This document shows positions 41,329 through 51,440 of a stretch of DNA of 64,000 nt, piece after piece (position 1 is the first letter of the stretch; the number at the start of each line of letters is the position of its first letter). The DNA comes from Tannerella sp. Its GTDB lineage: Bacteria; Bacteroidota; Bacteroidia; Bacteroidales; Tannerellaceae. Position numbers and translations under genes: made by a program. The notes below the pieces were generated by a model. That model searched no databases and was not told where the DNA came from. It worked only from the letters and a program-made list of their open reading frames with translations. Location of the stretch: contig NZ_JAUMYS010000001.1 in NCBI RefSeq assembly GCF_030528505.1, positions 16,547-80,546 of the forward strand, in the 5' to 3' direction.

Positions 41329-43194
41329 TCAGGTGGTGAGATCTTCCTCCACCACCAGATTATCGATAATAAAGTTTTGTCTCTCCATCGTATTCTTTCC
41401 CATATAGAACTCAAGCATCTCCTTGATCGAGTCTTCCTTTTTAATAGACACCGGATCTAAGCGCATCTCTTTCCCGATAAAATGCTTGAACTCGTCGGGA
41501 GAAATTTCCCCCAGCCCTTTGAATCGCGTAATCTCCGGATTCTTTCCCAGCTCATTGATTGCCGCGTTTTTCTCTTCCTCGTTGTAGCAATAAATCGTTT
41601 TCTGCTTGTTACGTACCCGGAAAAGCGGTGTCTGGAGGATAAATACATGTTTTTGCTTCACTAAGTCGGGGAAGAACTGAAGGAAGAACGTGATCAACAG
41701 CAACCGGATATGCATACCGTCCACATCGGCGTCGGTGGCGATGATGACCCGGTTATAGCGCAATCCGTCCAGCCCGTCTTCGATGTTCAAGGCGGCTTGC
41801 AGCAGGTTGAATTCTTCGTTCTCATATACGACTTTTTTGGTCAGACCGAAACAGTTCAGCGGCTTACCGCGCAGACTGAATACGGCCTGTAAGTTCGGGT
41901 CACGACTTTTCGTGATCGAGCCGCTGGCCGAGTCACCCTCGGTGATGAAGATGCTGCTCTCGGTTTTGTTCTCGCTCTTCCCGTCGTTAAGGTGAATACG
42001 ACAATCACGCAGTTTACGATTGTGAAGGTTCACCTTCTTGGCTCGCTCGCGCGCTAACTTGGCCACTCCAGCGATGGCTTTCCGCTCCTTCTCGGATTCC
42101 TGTATCTTCTTATAGAGCGCGTCGGCTGTTTCCGGATTCTTGTGAAGGTAATTGTCGACCTCTTTCTTGATAAAATCACCGATAAATTTGGCAACCGACA
42201 GATCGCCTTTCGGACTCATATTTCGGGAGCCCAGCTTGATCTTTGTCTGCGATTCGAACTCCGGCTCCTCCACCCCGATATAGATGGCGGCGACAAGCCC
42301 GCTACGGATATCGGCCACTTCGAGGTTCTTATTGTAAAATTCTTTCACCGTGCGTGCAAACGATTCTTTGAATGCGGCCTGGTGCGTGCCTCCCTGCGAA
42401 GTATATTGTCCGTTTACGAACGAGTAATAATCGTCGCGCGACTGGTTGACATGCGTAAAAGCAATTTCTATATCATTCGCCTTGAGGTGGACGATGGGGT
42501 AAAGAATCTCGTCGGTGATGTTTTCGTTGAGCAGGTCTTCAAGACCTTTTTCCGAAATATATTTTTCACCATTATAATAAATGGACAGTCCAGAGTTCAG
42601 GTAGCAATAGTTGCGAATCAGCGTCTCTACAAACTCATGACGGTATGCGTAATTTTCGAAAATCGATGGGTCCGGGGTGAATCGGATGAGTGTTCCGTTT
42701 TTTTCCTTCGTTTCAATGGCCTCACGGTCGTGAACAAGTTTTCCGCACCGAAACTCGACCCTTTTCTCCACCTGATCACGATACGATACGACCGTAAAAT
42801 CGGTAGACAGCGCGTTCACCGCCTTGATACCGACACCGTTCAGACCGATAGACTTTTTGAACGCTTCGGACCCGAATTTACCGCTGGTGTGAAGGGTCGA
42901 GACCGTTTTAGCCAGATTTCCTTGCGGAATACCACGCCCGTAGTCACGTACCGACACGTTTCCTTCGTCGATGGTAATATCGATCCGGGTACCGGCCTTC
43001 ATACGGAACTCGTCGATCGAGTTATCGATGACTTCTTTCAGAAGAACGTAAATGCCGTCGTGCCGGTCCTCGCCGCCGTGCGTATTGCCGATATACATAC
43101 CGGGACGCTTGCGAACGGCATCAAGCCCTTCGAGCGTAACAATATCTTTGTCGTCGTAGGTTACTGTTTGTGAAAGGTTCGTGTATTCGTTCAT
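41329..43194 (-). CDS. parE: type IIA topoisomerase ATPase subunit, topoisomerase IV subunit B-like
   Basis: The GHKL ATPase N-terminus ([14 protein letters not shown]), a TOPRIM domain (EGDSA) and the 621 aa length are typical of Bacteroidetes ParE rather than GyrB. Confidence 0.8.
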   Translation of the reverse strand: MNEYTNLSQTVTYDDKDIVTLEGLDAVRKRPGMYIGNTHGGEDRHDGIYVLLKEVIDNSIDEFRMKAGTRIDITIDEGNVSVRDYGRGIPQGNLAKTVSTLHTSGKFGSEAFKKSIGLNGVGIKAVNALSTDFTVVSYRDQVEKRVEFRCGKLVHDREAIETKEKNGTLIRFTPDPSIFENYAYRHEFVETLIRNYCYLNSGLSIYYNGEKYISEKGLEDLLNENITDEILYPIVHLKANDIEIAFTHVNQSRDDYYSFVNGQYTSQGGTHQAAFKESFARTVKEFYNKNLEVADIRSGLVAAIYIGVEEPEFESQTKIKLGSRNMSPKGDLSVAKFIGDFIKKEVDNYLHKNPETADALYKKIQESEKERKAIAGVAKLARERAKKVNLHNRKLRDCRIHLNDGKSENKTESSIFITEGDSASGSITKSRDPNLQAVFSLRGKPLNCFGLTKKVVYENEEFNLLQAALNIEDGLDGLRYNRVIIATDADVDGMHIRLLLITFFLQFFPDLVKQKHVFILQTPLFRVRNKQKTIYCYNEEEKNAAINELGKNPEITRFKGLGEISPDEFKHFIGKEMRLDPVSIKKEDSIKEMLEFYMGKNTMERQNFIIDNLVVEEDLTT

Positions 43195-43197
43195 GAA

Positions 43198-44373
43198 TCA
43201 ACTCAGTTTTTTGATGAAAGCCCTTCGTGTTTTATGATGCTCGCGTTTGAAATAATCCCATTGTGCCTGCACGGCCGTATTCGTTTCCAGCTCGATGTTG
43301 CTCTCTGCGTACTCCGCTCCCAACTTGATGTATTCGGGGATAAGATCGCAGAAAAGAAGAGCATTGACTCCTTTGTTCTGATATTCGGGCAGGATACCCA
43401 TCAAATACAGATCGACAATTTTTGTTTTCGAGTGCATCGCTTTGAGCAGCGGAATGAAACCGAACGGGAACAGTCGTCCTTTGGCTTTTTGCAAGGCATG
43501 CGAAAGACTGGGGAGCGAGATGCCGAACCCGACTACCGTATCGTCTTCTTCGCGTACGATCAATGTGACCAGATTAAGACGCAACATCGGGATATATATT
43601 TTGGCGTAGTAATCGATCTGTTTCGAGGTCAACTCAGAAAACCCGTAAAGCGGAGCGAACGACGCGTTCAACGTTTCGAAGACTTTGCGCGCATACGGCT
43701 GAATGTCTTTCCTCCTCTTGAATTTTAATACTTTGAGGCCGTATTTCTTTTTCACGATTTCGGCGATGCGCAGATGTTTTTCGGGGATCGCGTCGGGGAT
43801 ATAAATTTTAAACTCGTGCCAGTCCTGATCTTTCACGTAGCCCATCCGCTCCATGTGTTGCGGATAATACGGAAAGTTATAGATCGTCGCCATCGTACCG
43901 AGCTGGTCGAACCCTTCGATCAGCATCCCTTCGTGATCCATATCCGTAAAGCCCATCGGTCCGTGAATTGCCTCCATGCCTTTAGCCTTGGCCCATCCTT
44001 CTACGGCATGAAACAGCGCATCGACGACTTCCGGATCGTCGATAAAGTCGACAAATCCGAAGCGTGCATGTTTCTGTCCCCATGTCTTGTTGCTCGCATG
44101 AACAATGATCCCGGCAATCCGCCCCACGATTTTATTATCCTTATACGCTAAAAAATAGATTGCTTCGCTGTTTTCAAAAGCAGGATTCTTCTCTTTCGAT
44201 AAAGTAATCATTTCTTCCTCGATCAGTCCGGGAACATGATATGGGTTGCCTTTGTATAAATCGATATTGAACTTGACGAAGTTCTTCAGATCTTTTTTTG
44301 TCGTTACTTCTTTAATTGATACACTCATATTCGCACCTGCTGTAAACGTTCTTCCGTTTTTTTTAAGCGACAA
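43198..44373 (-). CDS. GNAT-fold acyltransferase-like protein, substrate unknown
   Basis: The 391 aa protein has a C-terminal region with GNAT-like motifs (LMGILPEYQNKGVNALL). Confidence 0.45.
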   Translation of the reverse strand: MSLKKNGRTFTAGANMSVSIKEVTTKKDLKNFVKFNIDLYKGNPYHVPGLIEEEMITLSKEKNPAFENSEAIYFLAYKDNKIVGRIAGIIVHASNKTWGQKHARFGFVDFIDDPEVVDALFHAVEGWAKAKGMEAIHGPMGFTDMDHEGMLIEGFDQLGTMATIYNFPYYPQHMERMGYVKDQDWHEFKIYIPDAIPEKHLRIAEIVKKKYGLKVLKFKRRKDIQPYARKVFETLNASFAPLYGFSELTSKQIDYYAKIYIPMLRLNLVTLIVREEDDTVVGFGISLPSLSHALQKAKGRLFPFGFIPLLKAMHSKTKIVDLYLMGILPEYQNKGVNALLFCDLIPEYIKLGAEYAESNIELETNTAVQAQWDYFKREHHKTRRAFIKKLS

Positions 44374-44389
44374 ATGTAGTGATTTTAAT

Positions 44390-45883
44390 TTAGACCGGTG
44401 TTGTTTTTTTGAAAAGCGAGAGCAGTAACTCCTCGATAGAGGCTCTCATCCGGCGGCTTTTTCCCGTGAAGTTATTGACTAATATCACAACGGCATAGCG
44501 CTTACCGTTGTGGTCCATATATCCGCCATAACACAGGACACGGCTCATGCTACCGCTTTTCAGTCGTGCTTTTCCCTGCAACGAGCTTCCCTTCATCATA
44601 TTTCGTAATGTGCCGTCTATCCCTGCTCGCGGCAACGAATGCACGAAGGCCTCCGATGCTTTCGAGCGCAAGGCCATGTAAGTATATACGTCGCACAGGA
44701 ATTCGGCCGTTACTTTGTTGGTAATGGCCAGACCGCTCCCGTCGAACATCCAGAGCGAAGAGGAATCGATCCCTTTCTGCTTCCAATACTGCGTAACGAC
44801 CTGTGCTCCTCTTCCGAAAGAAGAGATCGCCTCTTTCGAGGAAGGAGCGTAACGCAACCCGAGCGTTTTGAACACGGCGTCGGCATACAGGTTATGGCTG
44901 ACGAAACAAAATATGCGGGCGAGGTCCTTGAGGGGAGGCGAATAAGTCGTGATCAAAGTCTTGCGAGTCGTCTCTTTCCACTGCCCCATCCGCGAGAGAA
45001 TGCGATGACATGAAGGAGCGCCTTGGATACGAATACCTTCGCGCTGAAAAAAAGCATGGACGTAGCGGGCCGCAAAAAGCGCCGGATCGGGAATGTCGGC
45101 CGTCAGCTTGAAATGGGAGCGGCGCGCGGGGATCGCACCGTAAAGATAACGTTCGTCGGAGAAAGGAAATCCTGTGATAAAGCAACTGTCGGCAGGTGCC
45201 GGAACAGCTTTGACGTAGTTGTGAAACGTGAGAGACGGCATGTCCGGTTCACAGTATTTAATCGTCGGCGTTGTGCCGGCTACACCGCTTTCAAGGTACA
45301 GACGGAACCGATTGTCGAAGATGTTCAGCCCATAGCTGCCCTGTCCGTATTCGCTTCCAAGGTCTTCACGCATCCATTTCATCGATACGCCTTCGGTATC
45401 GAAAATACTTTCGTCCACAATCAGCGCTCCCGTAACTTCGCGGATGCCGGCCTTGCGGATGGCTGCCGACCAGAGTCTAAGGATACTGTCTTTCGGGGTA
45501 TCAAGCTCGGACGAGTTGAGCGTAGGGTCTCCACTTCCGCAAAGGTATAAGTTGCCGCGCAGGATGCTGTCACGAATCTCTCCATCGTACGAAACAGACG
45601 TCTCGAAACGGAAGTCTTCACCCAGTATCTCGAGAGCCGTGGCGGCCGTGACGGTTTTCATGACTGAGGCAGGTATCAGCTGACGTTCACTTTCATACTC
45701 GTATACAACAGTCCCTTTGTTTACTTCTTTCACCATCAATGCGACGGATGCTCCTCGAACCATCGGTTTGTCTAAGAAACGTTTCAGTGGAGCAGGAACG
45801 GACTGGGAGAAGAGCGTCTGTGTACCGAAGCAAAGACATGCGACCCAAATAATCATCCGCTGATGAATCATGATTTTTCTCAT
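44390..45883 (-). CDS. dacB: D-alanyl-D-alanine carboxypeptidase/endopeptidase (PBP4, S13 family)
   Basis: The SxxK active site (PASVMKTVTAATAL) is present. The signal peptide is MIIWVACLCFGTQTLFSQ. The track start at 46006 is probably over-extended. Confidence 0.8.
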   Translation of the reverse strand: MRKIMIHQRMIIWVACLCFGTQTLFSQSVPAPLKRFLDKPMVRGASVALMVKEVNKGTVVYEYESERQLIPASVMKTVTAATALEILGEDFRFETSVSYDGEIRDSILRGNLYLCGSGDPTLNSSELDTPKDSILRLWSAAIRKAGIREVTGALIVDESIFDTEGVSMKWMREDLGSEYGQGSYGLNIFDNRFRLYLESGVAGTTPTIKYCEPDMPSLTFHNYVKAVPAPADSCFITGFPFSDERYLYGAIPARRSHFKLTADIPDPALFAARYVHAFFQREGIRIQGAPSCHRILSRMGQWKETTRKTLITTYSPPLKDLARIFCFVSHNLYADAVFKTLGLRYAPSSKEAISSFGRGAQVVTQYWKQKGIDSSSLWMFDGSGLAITNKVTAEFLCDVYTYMALRSKASEAFVHSLPRAGIDGTLRNMMKGSSLQGKARLKSGSMSRVLCYGGYMDHNGKRYAVVILVNNFTGKSRRMRASIEELLLSLFKKTTPV

Positions 45884-46010
45884 TTTATATACATATTTAG
45901 AGGCAAAGATATGAAAATGAAAAAAGAAATCTGGAAAAATTGCAGCATTAGTTGTTTTTCTAAAAAAAAGCATTACCTTTGCACTCGCATTAAAAAAGTA
46001 CTTCAAGGTA

Positions 46011-46083
46011 GATTCGCTAGCTCAGCAGGTAGAGCACATCCCTTTTAAGGATGGGGTCCTGGGTTCGAGCCCCAGGCGAATCA
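46011..46083 (+). tRNA. tRNA-Lys (anticodon UUU)
   Basis: A cloverleaf was folded by hand. The acceptor stem is GATTCGC/GCGAATC. The anticodon stem CATCC/GGATG carries loop CTTTTAA. The T-arm is CTGGG-TTCGAGC-CCCAG and the discriminator is A. No CCA is encoded. Confidence 0.9.
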
Positions 46084-46089
46084 CGCCGA
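46074..46089 (+). repeat. attL-like direct repeat (tRNA-Lys 3' end): GGCGAATCACGCCGAG
   Basis: A second copy, GGCGAATCACTCCGAA (14 of 15 identical over GGCGAATCACxCCGA), lies at 57428-57443 at the far end of the AT-rich island. Confidence 0.55.
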
Positions 46090-46091
46090 GG

Positions 46092-46135
46092 CAAATCCCT
46101 GATAATCGAGCATTATCAGGGATTTGCTGTTTTAT
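46092..46135 (+). terminator. perfect 15-bp-stem hairpin plus T-run immediately after tRNA-Lys (island-borne terminator)
   Basis: CAAATCCCTGATAAT-cgagc-ATTATCAGGGATTTG is followed by CTGTTTTAT. Confidence 0.5.
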
Positions 46136-46208
46136 AGCGGTGTGAATGTTAGGAAGATAGAATATTGAATAATTCTGAAAAAACACGTTTCAAGGAAGAG
46201 TAAAAGAA

Positions 46209-47399
46209 ATGACTTCGGTAAAAATAAAATTCAGAAAATCGACTATTAAGGATAAGGAAGGCGTACTTTATTTTCAATTAATTCATAGTCGTAAGACCAA
46301 ACTGATTACAACTCGTTTTCGTCTATTCCCTTGCGAGTGGGATACTCATTTAGAATCTGTGGTAGCAGATAAATCATCTAGTGAGAGAGGCGTTTACTTA
46401 AAGACCCTTAAAGACGGTTTAGAAAAAGAGATTAGACAGATTTATGAGCTAATATCTGTATTAGAAAACAGAGGAGAGTATACAATAGAGGAATTAGTAG
46501 AACATTATGTAAATAATTCTTTTGATGGCTATTTTTTTTCTTTTATAAAGTGTCAGATTAAAAGGCTAAAATCTGAAAATCGAATTAAAACGGCATCGAT
46601 ATGTGAGACAGCATATCGGAGTTTTTCCAGATTCAGGCGTGGAGAAGACATTTGGATTAAAAAGATAGACAACGTGCTAATCAACAAGTATGAAGCTTAT
46701 TTGATAAATAATAATGTGTGCAGAAATACTGTTTCTTGTTATATGAGATCATTAAGGTCAATATATAATCAGGCAATGCGCAAGGGGGTGGCCGTTTCAA
46801 ATAACCCATTCAGAGATGTCTATACAGGTGTTGACAAAACATCTAAAAAGGCTGTGAATGAATCTGTAATTTTGGAGTTGTGCAAACTTGAACTTTCTAA
46901 GCAAGTCAATTTAGAAATAGCACGAGATATTTTCATGTTTAGTTTTTATACAAGAGGCATGTCTTTTATAGACATGGCTAATCTCAGACAAAGTAACCTT
47001 AAAAATGGCTATATCATTTATTCTCGGAGCAAGACCAAACAAGTTTTGTCTATTAAAATTGAGAAATGTATTGAAGAAATCATAGAGAGGTATAGGTACC
47101 TAACTATAGATAACTACATACTTCCTATATACAATAAAAAGAACTGTAATTATATCAGCCACCTGCGCACATACAATAAACGATTGAAACGATTATCTGA
47201 AATGATGGAGTTAGAGAAACCGTTGAGTTCTTATGTAGCAAGGCATTCATGGGCTACAATAGCATTTCGAAAAGGGATATCTGTGCAAGTTATCAGTGAA
47301 GGGATGGGACACGAGGACGAAAAAACAACACGTATCTATTTGGCTTCTATGGATCAGTCTATTATAGATAACGCAAATGCTCAAGTCATAGCATTATAG
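46209..47399 (+). CDS. int: tyrosine-type site-specific integrase (Bacteroidetes phage-integrase family)
   Basis: The C-terminal catalytic residues are present: ARHSWAT (HxxR) and GHEDEKTTRIYL (the nucleophilic Tyr). The N-terminal arm-binding and SAM-like domains are present. Confidence 0.9.
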   Translation: MTSVKIKFRKSTIKDKEGVLYFQLIHSRKTKLITTRFRLFPCEWDTHLESVVADKSSSERGVYLKTLKDGLEKEIRQIYELISVLENRGEYTIEELVEHYVNNSFDGYFFSFIKCQIKRLKSENRIKTASICETAYRSFSRFRRGEDIWIKKIDNVLINKYEAYLINNNVCRNTVSCYMRSLRSIYNQAMRKGVAVSNNPFRDVYTGVDKTSKKAVNESVILELCKLELSKQVNLEIARDIFMFSFYTRGMSFIDMANLRQSNLKNGYIIYSRSKTKQVLSIKIEKCIEEIIERYRYLTIDNYILPIYNKKNCNYISHLRTYNKRLKRLSEMMELEKPLSSYVARHSWATIAFRKGISVQVISEGMGHEDEKTTRIYLASMDQSIIDNANAQVIAL

Positions 47400-47832
47400 T
47401 AGTTATAAAAGAAGGACTACCTCTTCTTTAGAGGTGGTACTTTATCAGAAAAATAAATTCTCCGCAAAGATAGAAAATAATTTTTAATAATAGATTGCTG
47501 ATAAATGTATTTTTTTACATGAGATGCAACTTTTGCTTTTTTCTCAATAAAAAAGCATGTTTTTCAGCGTGTTTACACAAATGTTTAAAAAAAATATATT
47601 TAAAATCGATGCAATAGATAAATATCGATTGATTTTGTGTTCAATTACAAATAATATAAAAATACTTCCTTGTTATTGTTTTACAAATCTGTTTTAAAAT
47701 CCTTCTTCAAAATCGAAAAAAAGCAACAAGACGCCAATAACCAATATAATACAAAAAAAGTCTATTTGAGTACCACCTCTAAAGAAGAGGAGGTATAAAA
47801 AAATACTTATTAATAATTTAAATTAAAGTGTT

Positions 47833-48408
47833 ATGGCAATTAACTTACAAAAGGGTCAAAAAATAGATATTGGCCTAACAAGAATGAGTGTAGGATTAGG
47901 GTGGAATCCAAACGAAGGGACTGGTTTTGATTTTGATTTGGATGCTTCTGCATTCATGATAGACACAAACAGACAAATACCATCGGAACCTTATTTTGTT
48001 TTTTATGGAAATACAGATTCTCCGGATGGGGCTTTGCATCACACAGGAGATGATCCTACAGGAGGTAATAGTGAGGATGGAGATGATGAAACCATCGAGG
48101 TTGATTTGTCAAAAATTGATAGTCGTATCAATGAAATTTTATTTGTAGTAACTATCCATGAAGCGATACAAAGAAAACAAAACTATGGACAAGTTCGCAA
48201 TTCATACATCCGGATCGTTGACGATTCAACTGGTAAAGAAATAGCAAAATACGAATTAGGAGAGGATTTCTCAATTGAGACAGCTGTTGAATTCGGGAGG
48301 CTTTATAAAAAAGATGGTAAATGGAAATTTGAAGCATCTGGAATTGGTTATAAAGAAGACTTGGCATTCTTTCTATCGAAATATTATAAAGGAAAAATCA
48401 TAAAATGA
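47833..48408 (+). CDS. TerD-domain stress protein (copy 1)
   Basis: MAINLQKGQKIDI...VGLGWN...FDLDASAFMID is present. The Ca2+-binding-type acidic motif TGDDPTGGNSEDGDDETIEVDL is present. Confidence 0.85.
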   Translation: MAINLQKGQKIDIGLTRMSVGLGWNPNEGTGFDFDLDASAFMIDTNRQIPSEPYFVFYGNTDSPDGALHHTGDDPTGGNSEDGDDETIEVDLSKIDSRINEILFVVTIHEAIQRKQNYGQVRNSYIRIVDDSTGKEIAKYELGEDFSIETAVEFGRLYKKDGKWKFEASGIGYKEDLAFFLSKYYKGKIIK

Positions 48409-48414
48409 GAAAAC

Positions 48415-49086
48415 ATGGCAATTAATTTACAAAAAGGTCAGACCATCGATCTGCGCAAAAATGATAAAGGGGAAGACGTGTATAATTTATCTTCTGTTAC
48501 AATCGGGCTGGGTTGGGATGTCCGTAAAAAAGGAAGCGGATTATTAGGAAAACTTTTTGGAGAGAGAGAAGATGAGTATGATCTTGATGCTATTGCATTC
48601 TTATTAGATCGCAATGGAAAAGTGGCTGATCTTGGACGGACAGTTCATGTTGGTGGAAGACAGGTTATTTTATATCAGGGAGATGTTATTTATTTTAATT
48701 CAATGAAACACCCTTCGGGTCATATTTGGTTAACAGGAGACAATAGAACTGGAGACGGTGATGGGGATGATGAGCAAATCATTGTTAAATTGGATTCATT
48801 GGATGAAAAGTTTCAGAAAATTCTATTTGTCGTTTCTATTTATCAAGGGAAACAGAAAAATCAACATTTCGGGATGGTTGAAAACGCTTTTATCAGGGCA
48901 GTTGATGCGAGAGGAAAAGAGATTACAAGGTATAATTTATCAGGTGATTATACAATGAACGGTATGTGCTCGATGGTTTTTGCTGAAGCATATCGGAAAG
49001 ATGGCGGTTGGAAATTCAGAGCTATTGGAGAGCCATACCAGACAGACAGTTTTGTCGAAATCCTGAGAAAATATATTTACCAATAA
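48415..49086 (+). CDS. TerD-domain stress protein (copy 2)
   Basis: MAINLQKGQTIDL...IGLGWD... is present. TGDNRTGDGDGDDEQIIVKL matches the canonical TerD GDN(R)TGEGDGDDE motif. Confidence 0.85.
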   Translation: MAINLQKGQTIDLRKNDKGEDVYNLSSVTIGLGWDVRKKGSGLLGKLFGEREDEYDLDAIAFLLDRNGKVADLGRTVHVGGRQVILYQGDVIYFNSMKHPSGHIWLTGDNRTGDGDGDDEQIIVKLDSLDEKFQKILFVVSIYQGKQKNQHFGMVENAFIRAVDARGKEITRYNLSGDYTMNGMCSMVFAEAYRKDGGWKFRAIGEPYQTDSFVEILRKYIYQ

Positions 49087-49096
49087 TTCAGAAACC

Positions 49097-49735
49097 ATGA
49101 GAAGACTTCCTGTATATTTATTATTAGATACATCTGGTTCCATGTGTGGTGAACCGATTGAGGCTGTAAAAAACGGTGTACAAGTCATGATAAGTTCGCT
49201 ACGGCAAAACCCGCAAGCGCAAGAAACAGCTTTCTTAAGTATTATCACCTTCGACAGTTCCGCGAAGCAAATTATTCCTTTAACTGATTTAGGGTCATTT
49301 CAGATGGTGGATATAAAGGCAAGTGGAACAACGGCTTTGGGTGAAGCCTTGAAACTCGTCAGTAATTGTATCGACAATGAAGTCGCTAAAACAACCTCAG
49401 AAACAAAAGGTGATTGGAAGCCATTGGTTTTTATAATGACTGATGGGAATCCAACCGATGATTGGCAAAATGGCTTGACTGAATTAAAAAAGCGGAAAAT
49501 AGCATTCACTGTTGCTTGTGCTGCTGGTAGTGGAGCAGACACAAATATTTTAAAACAGATTACAGACAATGTAGTCAGCTTGGATACAGCCGACAGTCAA
49601 AGTATTTCCAAATTTTTTGCTTGGGTTACTGCTTCCATTGGTGTTTCATCAACAAAAATAGAAGATTGTGGCAAAGAAGTAGTCGGATTGAATGAACTGC
49701 CCCCTCCTCCTTCGGAATTAAATATCGTCGTATAA
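49097..49735 (+). CDS. TerY-like von Willebrand factor A (vWA) domain protein, paralog 1
   Basis: MRRLPVYLLLDTSGSMCGEPIEAV is a MIDAS DxSxS motif. The stop overlaps the start of paralog 2 (TAATG). Confidence 0.8.
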   Translation: MRRLPVYLLLDTSGSMCGEPIEAVKNGVQVMISSLRQNPQAQETAFLSIITFDSSAKQIIPLTDLGSFQMVDIKASGTTALGEALKLVSNCIDNEVAKTTSETKGDWKPLVFIMTDGNPTDDWQNGLTELKKRKIAFTVACAAGSGADTNILKQITDNVVSLDTADSQSISKFFAWVTASIGVSSTKIEDCGKEVVGLNELPPPPSELNIVV

Positions 49736-50370
49736 TGAGGAGACTGCCGGTTTATTTTCTGTTGGATACATCCGGGTCAATGAATGGAGAACCTATTCAA
49801 GCCCTTAATAATGCGCTAAGTGGCATGATAAATTCATTGCGTTCCGATGCTTGCGCATCGGAAACGCTTTGGGTAAGCATTATTACATTTGATAAAGAGA
49901 TAAAAGAAATCTTACCATTAACAGAGCTGCCCTCACTGCAATTACCTGAAATTGTTTGCCCTCCAAGTGGCCCAACTTTCACAGGGAAAGCTCTTGAGCT
50001 ATTATGCCAGAAAGTCTCTATGGACGTGAGAAAAGGAACTCCTATACAAAAAGGTGATTGGCGCCCATTATTATTCATCTTTACAGATGGAAAACCCTCG
50101 GATTTACAATTATATTCAGAAATGATTCCAAGGATAAAGATGTTGAATTTTGGAGCGATAATTGGGTGTGCTGCGGGTGATTGGGCTGATGATTCCAAAT
50201 TGAACGAGTTATGTGATTCAGTAGTGCATTTAGAGACTTCTGACAGTAATACCTTAAAACAGTTTTTCAGATGGGTCTCGGATACAATCGAGCAAGGAAA
50301 TAAGAGTATGGGAGTAACAGATATGGTAGCACTCCCTCCAGCTCCATCAGAAGTACATTTAGTCATATAA
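49735..50370 (+). CDS. TerY-like vWA domain protein, paralog 2
   Basis: MRRLPVYFLLDTSGSMNGEPIQAL is present. This protein is a paralog of the preceding gene. Confidence 0.8.
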   Translation: MRRLPVYFLLDTSGSMNGEPIQALNNALSGMINSLRSDACASETLWVSIITFDKEIKEILPLTELPSLQLPEIVCPPSGPTFTGKALELLCQKVSMDVRKGTPIQKGDWRPLLFIFTDGKPSDLQLYSEMIPRIKMLNFGAIIGCAAGDWADDSKLNELCDSVVHLETSDSNTLKQFFRWVSDTIEQGNKSMGVTDMVALPPAPSEVHLVI

Positions 50371-50398
50371 ATGTCCGATTTTTAAATGTGTAAATATT

Positions 50399-51439
50399 AT
50401 GAGACGATTACCAATATATTTTTTAATTGATGTTTCCGAATCAATGGTGGGAACACCTGTTCAGCAGGTGGAAGAAGGCTTAGAAACCATTATTCAAGCA
50501 TTGAAAACAGACGCCAATGCCATAGAAACAGTATGGGTTTCCATTATTGTATTTGCAGGTCGGTCAAAAACACTTATTCCTTTGCAAGAGATTGTTAATT
50601 TCTACCCTCCAAAATTTCCGATTGGAAGTGGTACTTCTTTGAGCAATGGTTTAGGGCATCTAATGTATGAACTACGGAAAAATACAATCAAAACAACCAC
50701 TGAACAAAAAGGTGATTGGAAGCCTATTGTTTTCTTGTTTACGGATGGTGTGCCTACCGATGAAACTAAGCCAGCAATAGCAGAATGGAAAAGTAACTGG
50801 CAAAGGGCGGCAAATTTAATCGCTGTTTCATTTGGAGATGAAACAGACAACCATCTACTTGGTGAATTAACTGACAATGTGCTTCAATTCAGAAATACCG
50901 ACGCTTCTGCATACAAGCAGTTTTTCAAATGGGTTACCGATTCGATTAAAACTAGTAGCGCAAGCGTTGAGAATAATACATTAGGATTTGAACTAGCCCA
51001 ATTAGATGGAGAAACTATTTCCAGAATTGACTTGACAAAAGAAATCTCAAAACCAAGAGTAGATGAAAACTTTGTAATATTAGCTGCAAAATGTCAAAAT
51101 ACAAAGCGTCCTTATCTGATGAAATACAGGAAAAATGTTTTTGTACATGATTCGGGAGATATAGGGCTTAATTACAGGCTAGTCGGAGCTTTTCAAGTCG
51201 ATAATTCATACTTTGAACTTTCAGAGGAATCTGTACCCAATTATAAAATAAATACCGACAAATTAATCGGTGCACCGACTTGTCCTTGGTGTGGAAATCA
51301 ATTCGCCTTTGCAGTATGTGGCTGTGGAAAAATTCATTGTATTGGTAGCGAAAAAATCAGTACTTGCCCTTGGTGCGCAAGCCAAGGAACTTATGGACTC
51401 GGTGAAGGTGGCATTAATGTCAATAGAACACAAGGATAA
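50399..51439 (+). CDS. TerY-like vWA domain protein, paralog 3, with C-terminal extension containing a 4-Cys zinc-ribbon-like motif
   Basis: MRRLPIYFLIDVSESMVGTPVQQV is present. The C-terminus CPWCGNQFAFAVCGCGKIHCIGSEKISTCPWCASQG contains the zinc-ribbon-like motif. Confidence 0.75.
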   Translation: MRRLPIYFLIDVSESMVGTPVQQVEEGLETIIQALKTDANAIETVWVSIIVFAGRSKTLIPLQEIVNFYPPKFPIGSGTSLSNGLGHLMYELRKNTIKTTTEQKGDWKPIVFLFTDGVPTDETKPAIAEWKSNWQRAANLIAVSFGDETDNHLLGELTDNVLQFRNTDASAYKQFFKWVTDSIKTSSASVENNTLGFELAQLDGETISRIDLTKEISKPRVDENFVILAAKCQNTKRPYLMKYRKNVFVHDSGDIGLNYRLVGAFQVDNSYFELSEESVPNYKINTDKLIGAPTCPWCGNQFAFAVCGCGKIHCIGSEKISTCPWCASQGTYGLGEGGINVNRTQG

Positions 51440-51440
51440 G

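Noticed and set aside
51270-51440. The track ORF for the phosphatase starts 170 bp inside the upstream vWA gene. A programmed frameshift or gene fusion was considered.
   Set aside because: An ATG at 51441 sits 1 nt after the vWA-3 TAA and is preceded by AAGGAT. The overlapping stretch is simply open in the other frame. Simple translational coupling is the parsimonious reading.
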